64,000 nucleotides of DNA, taken from contig JAXJEC010000042.1 in NCBI GenBank assembly GCA_036301625.1, positions 11,229-75,228 on the forward strand, given 5' to 3'. The notes under the pieces were generated by a model. The model ran no database searches. It saw nothing but the letters and a program-made list of their open reading frames with translations, and had not been told where the DNA came from. The position numbers were made by a program, and so were the translations under genes. Below, piece by piece: positions 24,046 to 34,765 of this stretch (position 1 is its first letter; each line of letters starts with the position of its first letter). The stretch is from Collinsella sp. Lineage in GTDB: Bacteria > Actinomycetota > Coriobacteriia > Coriobacteriales > Coriobacteriaceae.

Positions 24046-25407
24046 CTACAGAATAAATCGAAGGATGTCAGAACGAAGCATATAGACAAACAGCAGCGCA
24101 AAGAGCGCGATGCCCACATAGCTCACAATCGTCTGGACCTTGAGCGGAAGCTCGCGGCCCACAATCTTTTGAATGATCTCGATGACCAGCTTGCCGCCAT
24201 CGAGTGGTGGGATGGGCAGCAGGTTCATAAAGCCAAGCGAGAACGAAATGAGGGCGGCAAACGAAAGGAACGTGGCAGGACCGGCAGCAGCAGCCTGTGA
24301 GGACATAACGCTAATACCCACGATCGAAGAAGACTGATCGAGAATCTCCATCGTATGCTGCGGCTGGAGCAGGCGCATCACGCCCTCCGCGGTCTGCACA
24401 GCATAGGAGAATGACAGACGCGCCGAGGTGATGGGGTCCAAACGGACTACCTCCGTAGAGGCATACACACCTAGGCGCTCGTCCTCTTTGAGCGCAACCG
24501 AGGTCGAATGCTGCTTGCCGTCGCGCTCATACTCAATGGCGATATCGTCCTTACCGGCGGCCTTGCCGATGGCATCGTAAACGTCCATCCAGGTAGAGCA
24601 CGATACTCCGTCAACCGAAAGGATCGCGTCGCCGCCCTCGATACCCGCCTTGGCGGCAATAGACCCCTCGTCAACCTGACCGATCACGTTGGTATCGATC
24701 GGCACGGTGACACCCGCAATGGAATAGATGCTCATAAGCAGCAAAAAACCCGTCAGGATATTGACGAGAATGCCCGCGAGCAGCATAAAGGCGCGCTTGA
24801 GAAAGCCCTGGCCAAGATAAGTGTGCGAGCGCTCTTGCGCCAAGAAATCAGCCTCGCCGCACGGCAGCTCCCACACATCGCCCTCGGCAGTCGCATGCTC
24901 TCGATCGAACCGGCGGCCGTCAAAGGTGGTGTAACCCGCCGCGTCTCGCGGCAGCGTCTGATACTTGGTGGGATAGTAGCTCGGCGAGGGTTTCTCCCCT
25001 TCCTCATACCAGGGAGCGATGGAGCCCCAGCCCAGCAACAGAGCACAAGCCTCGAGCACATCCTCCTCGGAAAGCTCGAGCTCGACAGCAAGGTCGGCCA
25101 CGGTCACGCGACCATGACGGTAGATAGCCGCGAGCACGCGATCGGCGCAGGAGACATCGGTCGGATCCATACCGCAGATGGCAGCGTAGCCACCCAGCAG
25201 CAGCGGGGTCACGCCAAACTTGGTTCCAATGCGACGCGACGTGTAATGGATGTCAAAGCGGCACGGCAGGCCCAAAAAGAACTCGGTCACACGGACGCCG
25301 CAGGCACGCGCCGCCAAAAAGTGGCCGCCCTCGTGCAAAAACACGAGGACGGAAAGCATCAGCAGGCCCCAAAAGACCGATGAGAGAACGCTCAGAACAG
25401 TATCCAT
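24046..25407 (-). CDS. rseP: RIP metalloprotease RseP
   Basis: HEGGH, LGGY, PDZ region, NLLPIPPLDGG; dxr-rseP-ispG order. Confidence 0.93.
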   Translation of the reverse strand: MDTVLSVLSSVFWGLLMLSVLVFLHEGGHFLAARACGVRVTEFFLGLPCRFDIHYTSRRIGTKFGVTPLLLGGYAAICGMDPTDVSCADRVLAAIYRHGRVTVADLAVELELSEEDVLEACALLLGWGSIAPWYEEGEKPSPSYYPTKYQTLPRDAAGYTTFDGRRFDREHATAEGDVWELPCGEADFLAQERSHTYLGQGFLKRAFMLLAGILVNILTGFLLLMSIYSIAGVTVPIDTNVIGQVDEGSIAAKAGIEGGDAILSVDGVSCSTWMDVYDAIGKAAGKDDIAIEYERDGKQHSTSVALKEDERLGVYASTEVVRLDPITSARLSFSYAVQTAEGVMRLLQPQHTMEILDQSSSIVGISVMSSQAAAAGPATFLSFAALISFSLGFMNLLPIPPLDGGKLVIEIIQKIVGRELPLKVQTIVSYVGIALFALLFVYMLRSDILRFIL

Positions 25408-25432
25408 AAAACGAAAAAGCAATCCTTATGGG

Positions 25433-26620
25433 TTAGGAACGGGTTGCGGCGAGTACCTGCGCAGCCTTTTCACGCGCCCACGCATCGATGTCGCGAAGCT
25501 GCTCAAACGAATCGACCGCCTGCATATCGTGGGCATCCATGCAGGATTCCACAATGCGATCGATATCGGTAAAGCTGCAGCCATCGTGCAGGAAGGCATC
25601 GACGGCGACCTCGTTGGCGGCATTGAGCACGCACGGCATGGTGCCACCCGTCTTGCCGGCACGTTCGGCCAGTGCCAGACAGCGGAAGGTATCCATGTCG
25701 GCAGCATCAAACGTGAGCTGCCCCAGCTCGCGGAAATCGATACGTGGCGCCGGGGTATCCCAACGCTCGGGATACGAGAACGCGAACTGGATGGGAATAC
25801 GCATGTCGGAAGCACCGAGATGCGCCATCACGGAGCCGTCGACAAACTCGACCATAGAGTGAATCTTAGACTGACGCTGCACGACCACGTTAATGAAATC
25901 GAGGTCGCAGTTAAACAGATGCATGGCCTCAATGCGCTCCAGGCCCTTATTCATGAGGGTGGCGGAGTCGATGGTGATCTTGGCACCCATGGCCCACGTG
26001 GGATGCGCGAGGGCATCGGCACGCGTCACGCGATCTAGCTCGTCGCGCGTGCGGCCAAAGAACGGACCGCCCGAGCAGGTGAGCCAAATACAATGAGCCT
26101 CGCGCGGATTCTCCCCAAGATAGCACTGGTAGATGGCGGAGTGCTCAGAGTCGACTGGAATAAGCTGGCCCGGTTGTGCCAACGGCATAAGCAAGTCGCC
26201 ACCGACGACGAGGGACTCCTTGTTGGCAAGGGCAAGACGCTTATTCGAGGTCAAGGCCGCATGGCTCGCCTCGAGACCGGCGGCACCCACAATAGCGACA
26301 AGCACGCAGTCGACATCGTCGCGACGCGCGAGCTCGCAAACCGCCTGCGCGCCAACGCCGAGCTTCGTTCCCTCGGGCAACTCCTGCAGCACGGCGTCAT
26401 CGCCATGAGCGACATCGGCCACGGCAACCGCCGGAACCGAGAACTCGCGGGCAGCGGCAACGAGCTCGGAGGTACTGGAGTTAACGGATAGCGCCGTCAC
26501 CTGCAGGCGATCGGCATGCTGACGGCACACATCGAGCGCCTGAGTGCCGATAGAGCCCGTACAGCCCAGGATGGCAACACGGAGACGTCCATCGGAGCCA
26601 TACGTCGTCTGGAATGACAT
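25433..26620 (-). CDS. dxr: DXP reductoisomerase
   Basis: LGCTGSIG, LANKESLV, PVDSEH, HPTWAMGAKITIDSATLMNKGLE. Confidence 0.98.
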   Translation of the reverse strand: MSFQTTYGSDGRLRVAILGCTGSIGTQALDVCRQHADRLQVTALSVNSSTSELVAAAREFSVPAVAVADVAHGDDAVLQELPEGTKLGVGAQAVCELARRDDVDCVLVAIVGAAGLEASHAALTSNKRLALANKESLVVGGDLLMPLAQPGQLIPVDSEHSAIYQCYLGENPREAHCIWLTCSGGPFFGRTRDELDRVTRADALAHPTWAMGAKITIDSATLMNKGLERIEAMHLFNCDLDFINVVVQRQSKIHSMVEFVDGSVMAHLGASDMRIPIQFAFSYPERWDTPAPRIDFRELGQLTFDAADMDTFRCLALAERAGKTGGTMPCVLNAANEVAVDAFLHDGCSFTDIDRIVESCMDAHDMQAVDSFEQLRDIDAWAREKAAQVLAATRS

Positions 26621-27519
26621 TACAGCACGCCTCCGATCATCAGCATCAGCTGCGCTGTGATGCAGCCGAAGATAAGCGAATCGCTACGATCGAGCATGCC
26701 GCCGTGGCCCGGGATAAGGTTACCGGAATCCTTAACGCCCACACCGCGCTTGATGCGAGACTCGATAAGGTCGCCGATAACGCCCAAAATGGACACGACC
26801 ACGCCACACAGCAGCGCATAGGGCAGGCTGAGCTTGTAGAAGTGCGTCGCCCACAGGATGAGCCAAATCAAAACCGAGCCCAGGATGCCGCCGACAAACC
26901 CCTCCCAGCTCTTTTTGGGAGAGATCTTGGGAACCATCTTGTGCTTGCCGATACGGCTACCCACGATGTAGGCAAACGAATCGGAGACCCAAAGGGACGC
27001 ACAAACGCCCACCGAAAGCAGGGCGCCGGCAAAACCGGGCACGGCATCGCGCAGCAGCACGATAGCCGACAGCATAAAGCCAGTGTAGATGGGACCCATG
27101 AGCGTCACGGCCACATCAGAGATGCGGGTACGCGGCGACAAGACATACCAAATGCCCACAGCGAGCATCAGGGCAAAAAGCAGTGCATTCAGCAACATCG
27201 AATCGCCCAACGCCGACAGCGGAAAGAGTACGGCGGCAGCGATACCCATGCGCTCGTTAGCCATCTTGCCATCGAGCCTCGTCATACGGAAAAACTCATA
27301 GCAGCACAGACCACTCATGACAGAAACAAAGATGGCCGTGGGCACGATACCCAAAACCAGGCACAGGATAAAGACGACGGCGTAGACGATACCGGCGGCG
27401 GCACGGGTAATAAAGCCCGCAAGCCACGAACCGGTGCTATTCTTCGCTGCAGGCGCTCCCGCAGCGGCAGCCTTGCGCTCAGATGTCTTGGGAGCAGTTG
27501 CCTTGGGACGATCGGACAC
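26620..27519 (-). CDS. cdsA: Phosphatidate cytidylyltransferase
   Basis: SPKKSWEG, GDLIESRIKR, KDSGNLIPGHGGMLDR. Confidence 0.96.
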   Translation of the reverse strand: MSDRPKATAPKTSERKAAAAGAPAAKNSTGSWLAGFITRAAAGIVYAVVFILCLVLGIVPTAIFVSVMSGLCCYEFFRMTRLDGKMANERMGIAAAVLFPLSALGDSMLLNALLFALMLAVGIWYVLSPRTRISDVAVTLMGPIYTGFMLSAIVLLRDAVPGFAGALLSVGVCASLWVSDSFAYIVGSRIGKHKMVPKISPKKSWEGFVGGILGSVLIWLILWATHFYKLSLPYALLCGVVVSILGVIGDLIESRIKRGVGVKDSGNLIPGHGGMLDRSDSLIFGCITAQLMLMIGGVL

Positions 27520-27521
27520 GA

Positions 27522-28316
27522 TTAAGCCTCCTCGGTCTTGCTCAGACCACCAAACCTACGGTCACGGCCCTGATAGGCCAAAATGGCGTCGACAAGGCCC
27601 CAACGATCAAAGTCGGGCCAATAGGTATCGGTGACGTAGAATTCGGAATAAGCCACCTGCCACAGCAGATAGTTCGAAAGGCGCAGCTCACCAGAAGTGC
27701 GAATCACAAGCTCCGGATCGGGCAGCCCAGCGGTATAGAGGTGCGAGGCAACCATATCATCGTCGATAGCAGCAGGATCGATCTTGCCGGCGACGGCATC
27801 GAGCGCAATCTGACGGACAGCGCGGGTAATCTCGGCGCGCGCGCCGTAGTTAACGGCAAGCGCCAGCGTCATACCGGTGTGATCGGCGCACTCGGCAAGA
27901 CCGCGTTCAAAAACGTCGCGGGTCTTCTTGGGTAGCGCAGAAATGTCGCCCAAAAAGACAACGCGCACGTTTTCGCGCTTCAGAAGCGGCAGCTCGTCGA
28001 TAAACGTCTTGGCAAACAGATGCATCAAGACGTTGACCTCATGCTGCGGACGATTCCAGTTTTCGGTAGAAAACGCATAGGCCGAAAGCACGTCGACGCC
28101 CAAGCGCACGCAGGCGGTAATGATCTCGCGCAGCGAAACGATACCCGCCTTGTGGCCCTCGGTGCGTGCAAGACCGCGCGATGTGGCCCAACGACCGTTG
28201 CCGTCCATGATGCACGAGATATGGTGCGGAATGTTATTGAGGTCAAGGTCGGAAAAACCGACGCCCGCAGGGGCGTCGGCAAAGTACTCGACCAGTTTAT
28301 GCTCGTCGTATTGCAC
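27522..28316 (-). CDS. uppS: Undecaprenyl diphosphate synthase
   Basis: IMDGNGRW, FSTENWNRP, IRTSGELRLSNYLLWQ. Confidence 0.97.
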   Translation of the reverse strand: MQYDEHKLVEYFADAPAGVGFSDLDLNNIPHHISCIMDGNGRWATSRGLARTEGHKAGIVSLREIITACVRLGVDVLSAYAFSTENWNRPQHEVNVLMHLFAKTFIDELPLLKRENVRVVFLGDISALPKKTRDVFERGLAECADHTGMTLALAVNYGARAEITRAVRQIALDAVAGKIDPAAIDDDMVASHLYTAGLPDPELVIRTSGELRLSNYLLWQVAYSEFYVTDTYWPDFDRWGLVDAILAYQGRDRRFGGLSKTEEA

Positions 28317-28317
28317 C

Positions 28318-28854
28318 TTAGATCTCCATGACCTCGGCTTCTTTTTCCTTCAGAAGCTCCTCGACCTTGGCGACATACTCATCAGTGTGCTTCTGGACCT
28401 TGGCCTGCTCGCGACGGACATCGTCCTCGGTGAGCTCCTCATCGCGCTCGAGCTTGTTGTTGAAGTCGCGACGGATGTTACGGATAGACACCTTGGCCTG
28501 CTCGGCGTACTCGCGGCACTCCTTGACGAGCTCGCGACGGCGCTCCTCAGTGGGAGCCGGGAACGGAAGACGAACGACGGTGCCATCGGAGTTGGGGGTA
28601 ATACCCAGATCGGAAGCGCCGATGGCCTTGACGATAGCGTTGATGAGCGCCTTGTCCCACGGCTCGATGAGCAGCATGTGGGCCTCGGGGGTCTTGACGG
28701 CGGCAACCTGCGTGACCGGCGTGGGAACACCGTAATAATCAACGGTGATGTCAGACAGAATGTTAGCGTTGGCTCGGCCGGTACGGACCTTGGAGAAGTT
28801 ATGCTTGAGGGACTCGAGCGACTTGTCCATGTGGGCGGTGATGTTCTCTGCCAT
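28318..28854 (-). CDS. frr: Ribosome recycling factor
   Basis: VRTGRAN, PTEERRRELVK, IRNIRRD. Confidence 0.97.
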   Translation of the reverse strand: MAENITAHMDKSLESLKHNFSKVRTGRANANILSDITVDYYGVPTPVTQVAAVKTPEAHMLLIEPWDKALINAIVKAIGASDLGITPNSDGTVVRLPFPAPTEERRRELVKECREYAEQAKVSIRNIRRDFNNKLERDEELTEDDVRREQAKVQKHTDEYVAKVEELLKEKEAEVMEI

Positions 28855-28856
28855 GC

Positions 28857-29579
28857 TTAATCCTCCTGATAGACGAGCGTGCCGACGGGCTCACCCGAAA
28901 GCGCGCGCTTGACGGTGTCCTCGCCATCGATGTTGAGGACCAAAATCGGCATACGGTTGTCCTGGCACAGTGCCGTAGCCGTGGAATCCATAACCTGCAG
29001 ACCGCGGACGAGAACCTCGTGATAGGTAATCTTGTCAAAACGGACGGCATCGGCGCACTTGACGGGATCCTTGTCGTAGATGCCGTCAACCTTGGTGGCT
29101 TTAATCAGAATCTCGGCGCCGATCTCGCACGCGCGAAGAGCCGCGGCGGTGTCGGTCGTAAAGTACGGATTGCCCGAACCGGCGGCAAAAATAACGACGT
29201 TGCCCTTGGAAAGGTGGTTGATGGCGCGACGGCGAATATAGGGCTCGCAGATCTCGTTCATCTGAATAGCGCTCATCACGCGGCAAGGAACATCGTTATG
29301 CTCGAAGGCATCCTGCAGGGCGAGCGCGTTCATAACGGTTGCCAGCATGCCCATGTAGTCGGCCTGAGCACGCTCCATGCCACCGGCAGCGCCGGCCATG
29401 CCGCGGAAAATATTGCCGCCGCCGACAACGACGCCGACCTCATGGCCAACGGCGAGCAGCTCCTTGACCTGCTTGGCAAGATGGTCGGTAACCTTGGGGT
29501 CGATGCCATATTGGCCGTCGCCCATCAGTGCTTCGCCGGAAAGCTTCAAAAGCACGCGTTTATATCGGATGTCGGACAA
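28857..29579 (-). CDS. pyrH: UMP kinase
   Basis: [25 protein letters not shown]. Confidence 0.98.
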   Translation of the reverse strand: MSDIRYKRVLLKLSGEALMGDGQYGIDPKVTDHLAKQVKELLAVGHEVGVVVGGGNIFRGMAGAAGGMERAQADYMGMLATVMNALALQDAFEHNDVPCRVMSAIQMNEICEPYIRRRAINHLSKGNVVIFAAGSGNPYFTTDTAAALRACEIGAEILIKATKVDGIYDKDPVKCADAVRFDKITYHEVLVRGLQVMDSTATALCQDNRMPILVLNIDGEDTVKRALSGEPVGTLVYQED

Positions 29580-29697
29580 AGCGATCCTCCTTTAGATTGA
29601 ACTCTCAACATTCTATCAAAGGCTCTAAGAAGAGCCATGAAAAAGCAGGCTGTGAGTAAAACCCACAGCCTGCTCATTACCAGCTACAAGAGCTTAT

Positions 29698-30567
29698 TTA
29701 CTCGCCACGGACCAGACGGTCAAAGGCAACGACGGTAATGGTGTCGCCGAGCTCCTTGGAGACCTGCTCAGCGTACTTCTTGATGGTGAGGGAGCTGTCC
29801 TTGATGAACTCCTGCTCGGTGAGCACGGACTGCTTGTAGAACTTCTCCAGACGGCCGACAGCCATCTTCTCCTGAATGGCCTCGGGCTTGCCGGACTCGG
29901 CAGCCTGAGCCATGTAAATCTGCTTCTCGTGCTCGACGGTCTCGGCCGGAACCTGATCGCGGGTAGCGCAGATCGGGGCGACGGCGGCAACCTGAAGGGC
30001 AACGTCGTGAGCGAAGGTCTTGAAGGACTCAGCCTGAGCGGTCTCGGCCTTCTCGAAAGCAAACTCGACGAGGACGCCGATCTTACCACCCATGTGGATG
30101 TAAGAAGCGAGAGCGCCGTTCTCGGCCTTACGGGCGGCGAAGCGGGAGATCTTCATGTTCTCGCCCATGATGTGAATCATCTCGGTGAGCTCGGAGGAAA
30201 CGGTCTCCTCGCCCATCGGCTTCTCAAGCAGAGCGTCGACGTCAGCAGGCTCGGTGGTAGCGACAACCTCAGCGACCTTGGAAGCAAAGCCGGTGAACTT
30301 GGCGTTGGAGCCAACGAAGTCGGTCTCGCAGGAGAGCTCGAGCAGAGCGCCGGTCTTGCCATCCTCGGAGACGAACGCGGCGACAGCGCCCTCGTTGGTC
30401 TCACGGCCAGCCTTCTTGGCGGCCTTGGCAAGGCCGTTCTTACGCAGAACGTCGACAGCGGCGTCCATGTCGCCGTCAGCCTCGACGAGAGCCTTCTTGC
30501 ACTCCATCATCGGGGAGTCGGTCATCTCGCGGAGCTGCTTGACCATAGCGGCGGTAATCTGGGCCAT
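29698..30567 (-). CDS. tsf: Elongation factor Ts
   Basis: VKQLREMT..PMMECKKAL, CETDFV. Confidence 0.98.
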   Translation of the reverse strand: MAQITAAMVKQLREMTDSPMMECKKALVEADGDMDAAVDVLRKNGLAKAAKKAGRETNEGAVAAFVSEDGKTGALLELSCETDFVGSNAKFTGFASKVAEVVATTEPADVDALLEKPMGEETVSSELTEMIHIMGENMKISRFAARKAENGALASYIHMGGKIGVLVEFAFEKAETAQAESFKTFAHDVALQVAAVAPICATRDQVPAETVEHEKQIYMAQAAESGKPEAIQEKMAVGRLEKFYKQSVLTEQEFIKDSSLTIKKYAEQVSKELGDTITVVAFDRLVRGE

Positions 30568-30612
30568 TGTGGTTCCTTTCAAAGAGATGAAAAAGAATTA
30601 ACTAAGACTGAT

Positions 30613-31341
30613 TTACTCGGCCTTGGGCTCAGCGGCCATCTCGGCCTCGGAGACCTGCTCCTTGCCGGAGCCAGCGAGGCAGGCGTCAGCCATGAGCTCG
30701 CACATAAGGGTGACAGCGGAGATAGCGTCATCGTTGCAGGGGATGCCGTACTCGACCTCGTCGGGATCGGAGTTGGTGTCGATCAGGGCGACGACGGGGA
30801 TGTTCAGGCGCTGGGCCTCCTTGATGGCGTTCTCCTCGCGCTTGGTGTCGATGACGAAGAGAGCCTGGGGCAGACCCTTCATGTCGCGGGCGCCACCGAG
30901 GTTGGTCTGGAGCTTAGTGAGCTCCTTGCCGAGAACAGCCTGCTCCTTCTTGGGCAGAACAGCCATGCGGCCGTCCTCGACCATGGCCTCGAGCTCCTCC
31001 ATGCGGTTGATGCGGGAGCGGATGGTGACGAAGTTGGTCAGCATACCGCCGAGCCAACGCTGGTTGATGTAAGGCATGTTGGCGCGCTCAGCAGCGTTCT
31101 TGACGGCCTCCTGAGCCTGCTTCTTGGTGCCGACGAACAGCACGTTGCCACCCTTGGCGACGTTCTTGACGAAGGTGTAGGCCTGGTCGGCGTCGAGGAT
31201 GGTCTGCTTGAGGTCGAGGATGTAGATGCCGTTGCGCTCACCGAAGATGAACGGCTTCATCTTGGGGTTCCAGCGACGGGTCTGGTGACCGAAGTGGCAG
31301 CCGGCCTCGAGCAGGGTGCGGATATTAATCTTGGTAGCCAT
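30613..31341 (-). CDS. rpsB: 30S ribosomal protein S2
   Basis: [22 protein letters not shown]. Confidence 0.98.
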   Translation of the reverse strand: MATKINIRTLLEAGCHFGHQTRRWNPKMKPFIFGERNGIYILDLKQTILDADQAYTFVKNVAKGGNVLFVGTKKQAQEAVKNAAERANMPYINQRWLGGMLTNFVTIRSRINRMEELEAMVEDGRMAVLPKKEQAVLGKELTKLQTNLGGARDMKGLPQALFVIDTKREENAIKEAQRLNIPVVALIDTNSDPDEVEYGIPCNDDAISAVTLMCELMADACLAGSGKEQVSEAEMAAEPKAE

Positions 31342-31351
31342 GTTAAACCTC

Positions 31352-31450
31352 CTGTGGTTTGCCTCCGCGCGGGGTCATCCTCCAAAACCAACCCGGACAT
31401 GTGCTACCAAAGCCCGGGCACCACGGTATGAAGTAGCCGCGCGTGCGTGA
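31352..31450 (-). promoter_or_regulatory. Probable rpsB (S2) autoregulatory leader
   Basis: Long GC-rich 5' UTR (cacgcacgcgcgg...ggtgc...ccgcgcggagg) at the usual S2 leader position; boundaries approximate. Confidence 0.45.
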
Positions 31451-31560
31451 TAAAAACATGTTGCCGTGAAGCAACCCGATGAATGATAGCAGGAATGCCT
31501 CTTCCTGCCAACCCGCAATCAAAACCACACACCTGAGTGCGGCGCGGGACGTGCCAGCCA

Positions 31561-32481
31561 CTATTCGCCGCGGGGATGGGCTTGAGCCACAGCCCGCTTA
31601 AGCCGATCGGGTGTGAGATGCGTGTAGATCTGCGTCGTGGACAGGCTCGCATGACCTAGCAGCTCTTGAACCGAGCGCAGGTCCGCACCGCCCTCGAGCA
31701 AGTCGGTCGCAAAGGTATGGCGCATCGCATGCGGGGCGATGTCGGCCGGAATGCCGGCGAGCGTCGCCAGCGTATGGAACCGCCGCCGGAGCATCGCGGC
31801 GCTCATGCGATTGCCGCGCGCCGATATAAGCAGCGGATGCGGCCCGGTAGCGAGGTCGCGGCGCTTTGCCCGAGCGAGCAACTCCGGCCTCCCCTCTTCA
31901 ATATAGAGACGCGTCACATCGAGCGCACGACGATACAGAGGAACGATGCGCTCCTTGCTTCCCTTGCCCCACAGGCGCAGCGTGCGCTCGGACCATGAGA
32001 TGGATTCCACATTGAGCGCCGCAAGCTCTGAGATGCGGGCACCCGAGGCATAGAGCAACTCGAGCATCGCCGCATCGCGCAGTCCCGCGGGTGTTGAGGT
32101 ATCAGGCGTCTTGAGCAGCGCCTCGACCTGCTGGGTCGTAAGGACGCCCGGCAGGTCACGCGGCAGCTTGGGCGACGCGATCGCCGAGACCGCATCGCCC
32201 TCGACAATCCCCTCGGCAGCCATCCAGCGATAGAGAGATCGAATAGCCGACAGGTGCGCCGCAAGCGTTCGGGGAGCCACCTGCTCACGCGAAAGCTCGG
32301 CAAGATAGCGACGAATGGTGCGCACGTCGGCAGCGAAAGCATCAATATCCTCGCGCTCGCACCAGGCAGCAAAGCGCTCTAGCCTCGAGCCATAGGCCGT
32401 CACCGTGTTGGGAGAAAGCCCCTCGACGCGTGCGATATAGGCGATAAAAGAGTCGACGGTGTCGTACAGGTCAAAGGCTAT
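31561..32481 (-). CDS. xerC: Tyrosine recombinase XerC/CodV-like
   Basis: LLYASGARISE, GKGSKER, PHAMRHTFAT, LLGH, TTQIYTH; homologous frame extends to an ATA at 32481. Confidence 0.9.
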   Translation of the reverse strand: MAFDLYDTVDSFIAYIARVEGLSPNTVTAYGSRLERFAAWCEREDIDAFAADVRTIRRYLAELSREQVAPRTLAAHLSAIRSLYRWMAAEGIVEGDAVSAIASPKLPRDLPGVLTTQQVEALLKTPDTSTPAGLRDAAMLELLYASGARISELAALNVESISWSERTLRLWGKGSKERIVPLYRRALDVTRLYIEEGRPELLARAKRRDLATGPHPLLISARGNRMSAAMLRRRFHTLATLAGIPADIAPHAMRHTFATDLLEGGADLRSVQELLGHASLSTTQIYTHLTPDRLKRAVAQAHPRGE

Positions 32482-33821
32482 GACCGGTCGCCTCCAAACA
32501 AGTCGGAACGCGTGGCCAAGTAGGCATCGAGGGCCTCGAGCGCACGGTCCGCATAGGCCTGATAGCGGTCGCGCTTGCTGCGGCGCTTACCGTCCTCGAG
32601 TGGCGGCACCAGGCCAAAGTTGACATGCATAGGCTGATAGCCCACGGTGGCAGGATCGGTCGCATAGCCCACGAGCGCACCCAGGGCGCCCACACGCGGC
32701 AACTCGACGCCCGCGGCACCGATAGCCTCGGCATAGGTGTTGAGCGCCGCGAGCAGACCTGTCGCCACGGCTTCCATGTACCCCTCGGTGCCGGTGATCT
32801 GACCGGCCAGGCGCACGCCGGTACCGGGCACGGCAAAGGTGCTATCGAGCACGTGAGGGGCGTCGACAAAGGTATTGCGGTGCATGACACCGTAGCGGAA
32901 GAACTCAGCGTTCTCCAGGCCCGGCACCATATGGAAGACGCGCTTCTGCTCGCCAAAGGTCAAGTTGGTCTGGAAGCCCACCAGGTTATAGGCGGTCTTC
33001 TCCTTGTTCTCGGCACGCAGCTGAATCGCCGCCCAGGGGCGACGTCCGGTACGCGGGTCGGTGAGGCCGACGGGCTTCATGGCGCCAAAGCGAATGGCGT
33101 CCTTGCCGGTGCGCGCAACTTCCTCGGCAGGCTGGCAGGCCTGGAACAAATCGCCGCCCTCAAAGTCTTTGAGCACCACGCGGTCGGCCGTGGTAAGCGC
33201 CTCGATAAAGGCCTCGTACTCCTCCTTGTTGAGCGGAGCGTTGAGATAGTCGCCGCTCCCCTGCTCCTCGTAGCGCGACTGCGAGAACAGCACGTCCATA
33301 TCGAGCGTGGAGGCATCGACGATCGGCGCCGCGGCATCGAAGAATGCCAGGGCATCGCCACCGACGAGCTTCATAACCTCTTCGCTCAGCGCCGGTGAAC
33401 ACAGCGGGCCCGCGGCAATGACCACGTGACCCTCGGGAATCTGCGTGACCTCGCCGTGCACGACCTCGATATTGGGACGAGCGGCAACCTCGGCCTCGAC
33501 AAGCTCGGAAAACTTGACGCGGTCGACCGCCAGGGCACCGCCGGCGGGAACAGCCGCGCGATGGGCGCAATCGAGCAGGACTGAACCCATGCGCTCAAGC
33601 TCGGCCTTCAGCAAACCAGCCGCGGAATCCGGACGGGTCGACTTAAACGAATTGGAGCAGACGAGCTCTGCCAGGTGATCGGTATGATGGGCCGGGGAGC
33701 TCACCTGGGGGCGCATCTCGCACAGCTTTACGGCAAACCCGCGGTCTGCCAGCTGAATCGCGCATTCCGAACCCGCCAGACCGCCACCGATAACCGTCAC
33801 CTGATCGAACTGCATCTGCAA
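32478..33821 (-). CDS. trmFO: tRNA (uracil-5-)-methyltransferase TrmFO
   Basis: IGGGLAGSE, AELVCSNS, YGVMHRN, AGQITGTEGY. Confidence 0.97.
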   Translation of the reverse strand: MQMQFDQVTVIGGGLAGSECAIQLADRGFAVKLCEMRPQVSSPAHHTDHLAELVCSNSFKSTRPDSAAGLLKAELERMGSVLLDCAHRAAVPAGGALAVDRVKFSELVEAEVAARPNIEVVHGEVTQIPEGHVVIAAGPLCSPALSEEVMKLVGGDALAFFDAAAPIVDASTLDMDVLFSQSRYEEQGSGDYLNAPLNKEEYEAFIEALTTADRVVLKDFEGGDLFQACQPAEEVARTGKDAIRFGAMKPVGLTDPRTGRRPWAAIQLRAENKEKTAYNLVGFQTNLTFGEQKRVFHMVPGLENAEFFRYGVMHRNTFVDAPHVLDSTFAVPGTGVRLAGQITGTEGYMEAVATGLLAALNTYAEAIGAAGVELPRVGALGALVGYATDPATVGYQPMHVNFGLVPPLEDGKRRSKRDRYQAYADRALEALDAYLATRSDLFGGDRS

Positions 33822-33829
33822 ACACCTTT

Positions 33830-34765
33830 CTAATTGACACGTTTTCCATTGTGACCGAAGGGCGTCTGGGCGTGAAGGGCAAACTTGGAGGGCGCATACC
33901 TTCCATCCATCATGCGCTCGATAAGGCCCTCGAGCTCAAGCGAACCCAAGAGTTTGAGTACGCCGACAGCATCGAGCGAGACGAGCGCCGCGATGTCGTC
34001 GACCTTGAGCGGAGAGGCAATGAGCGCATGCATCACAGTTTGCTGCGTTGGATCCAGGTCGGCAATGCCGGGAGCATCGGGGCGCGAGTAGCGCAGGGTG
34101 CCGTAGATGCGTGAGATTGCCATCTCGATGGACTCCTCGTCGACAATGCAGCAGGCACCGTTCGCAATGAGGTAATTCGTGCCACGCGACTCGGGCGATA
34201 GGATCGACCCCGGCACGGCAAGAAGTTCGCGCCCCAAATCCATAGCAGCCTCGGCTGTAGAAAACGTCCCAGAAGGCATACCCGCCTCGGATACAAAGAG
34301 GGCTTGCGACAGGGCCGCGATTACGCGATTGCGGCGCGGAAAGGCGAACTTGCGCGGACCCATGCCCCACGGAGAGATCGACACGACCGCGCCACCCGTA
34401 TCAAGCGTGCGCGTAATCAGCCCCGCGCTCGAACGCGGGTAGACCACGTCGGCGCCCGTCCCCAGCACCACAACGTGTTTGCCGCCGGCGTTGACCGCAG
34501 CCCAACCCGAGGCCTGGTCACAACCGACCGCACCGCCCGAAACTACCGTCACTCCCGCCTCGACCGCAACCTTTGCCGCAAGCTCTGCCACGGCAAGACC
34601 ATACGGCGAGGCCTTTCGCGCACCGATGATGGAGAGCGCGGGCGTCGAAAGCGCCTCGGGGTTGCCGCGCACATAGAGCGTCTGAGGTACATCAGAAAGC
34701 TCCAAAACGGTCTCGGGATACAACGCGTCACCTGGATGCAGCTCGAAGGTCCCCTCGGCCATCAT
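33830..34765 (-). CDS. dprA: DNA-processing protein DprA
   Basis: IIGARKAS, VSGGAVGCD, FPRRNRVIAALS; ATGA coupling to comM. Confidence 0.95.
   Translation of the reverse strand: MMAEGTFELHPGDALYPETVLELSDVPQTLYVRGNPEALSTPALSIIGARKASPYGLAVAELAAKVAVEAGVTVVSGGAVGCDQASGWAAVNAGGKHVVVLGTGADVVYPRSSAGLITRTLDTGGAVVSISPWGMGPRKFAFPRRNRVIAALSQALFVSEAGMPSGTFSTAEAAMDLGRELLAVPGSILSPESRGTNYLIANGACCIVDEESIEMAISRIYGTLRYSRPDAPGIADLDPTQQTVMHALIASPLKVDDIAALVSLDAVGVLKLLGSLELEGLIERMMDGRYAPSKFALHAQTPFGHNGKRVN

Noticed and set aside
31561..32481. xerC as the island integrase
   Set aside because: Lies in the conserved dprA-trmFO-xerC housekeeping order, 9 kb away; no dif-like site seen at the island ends
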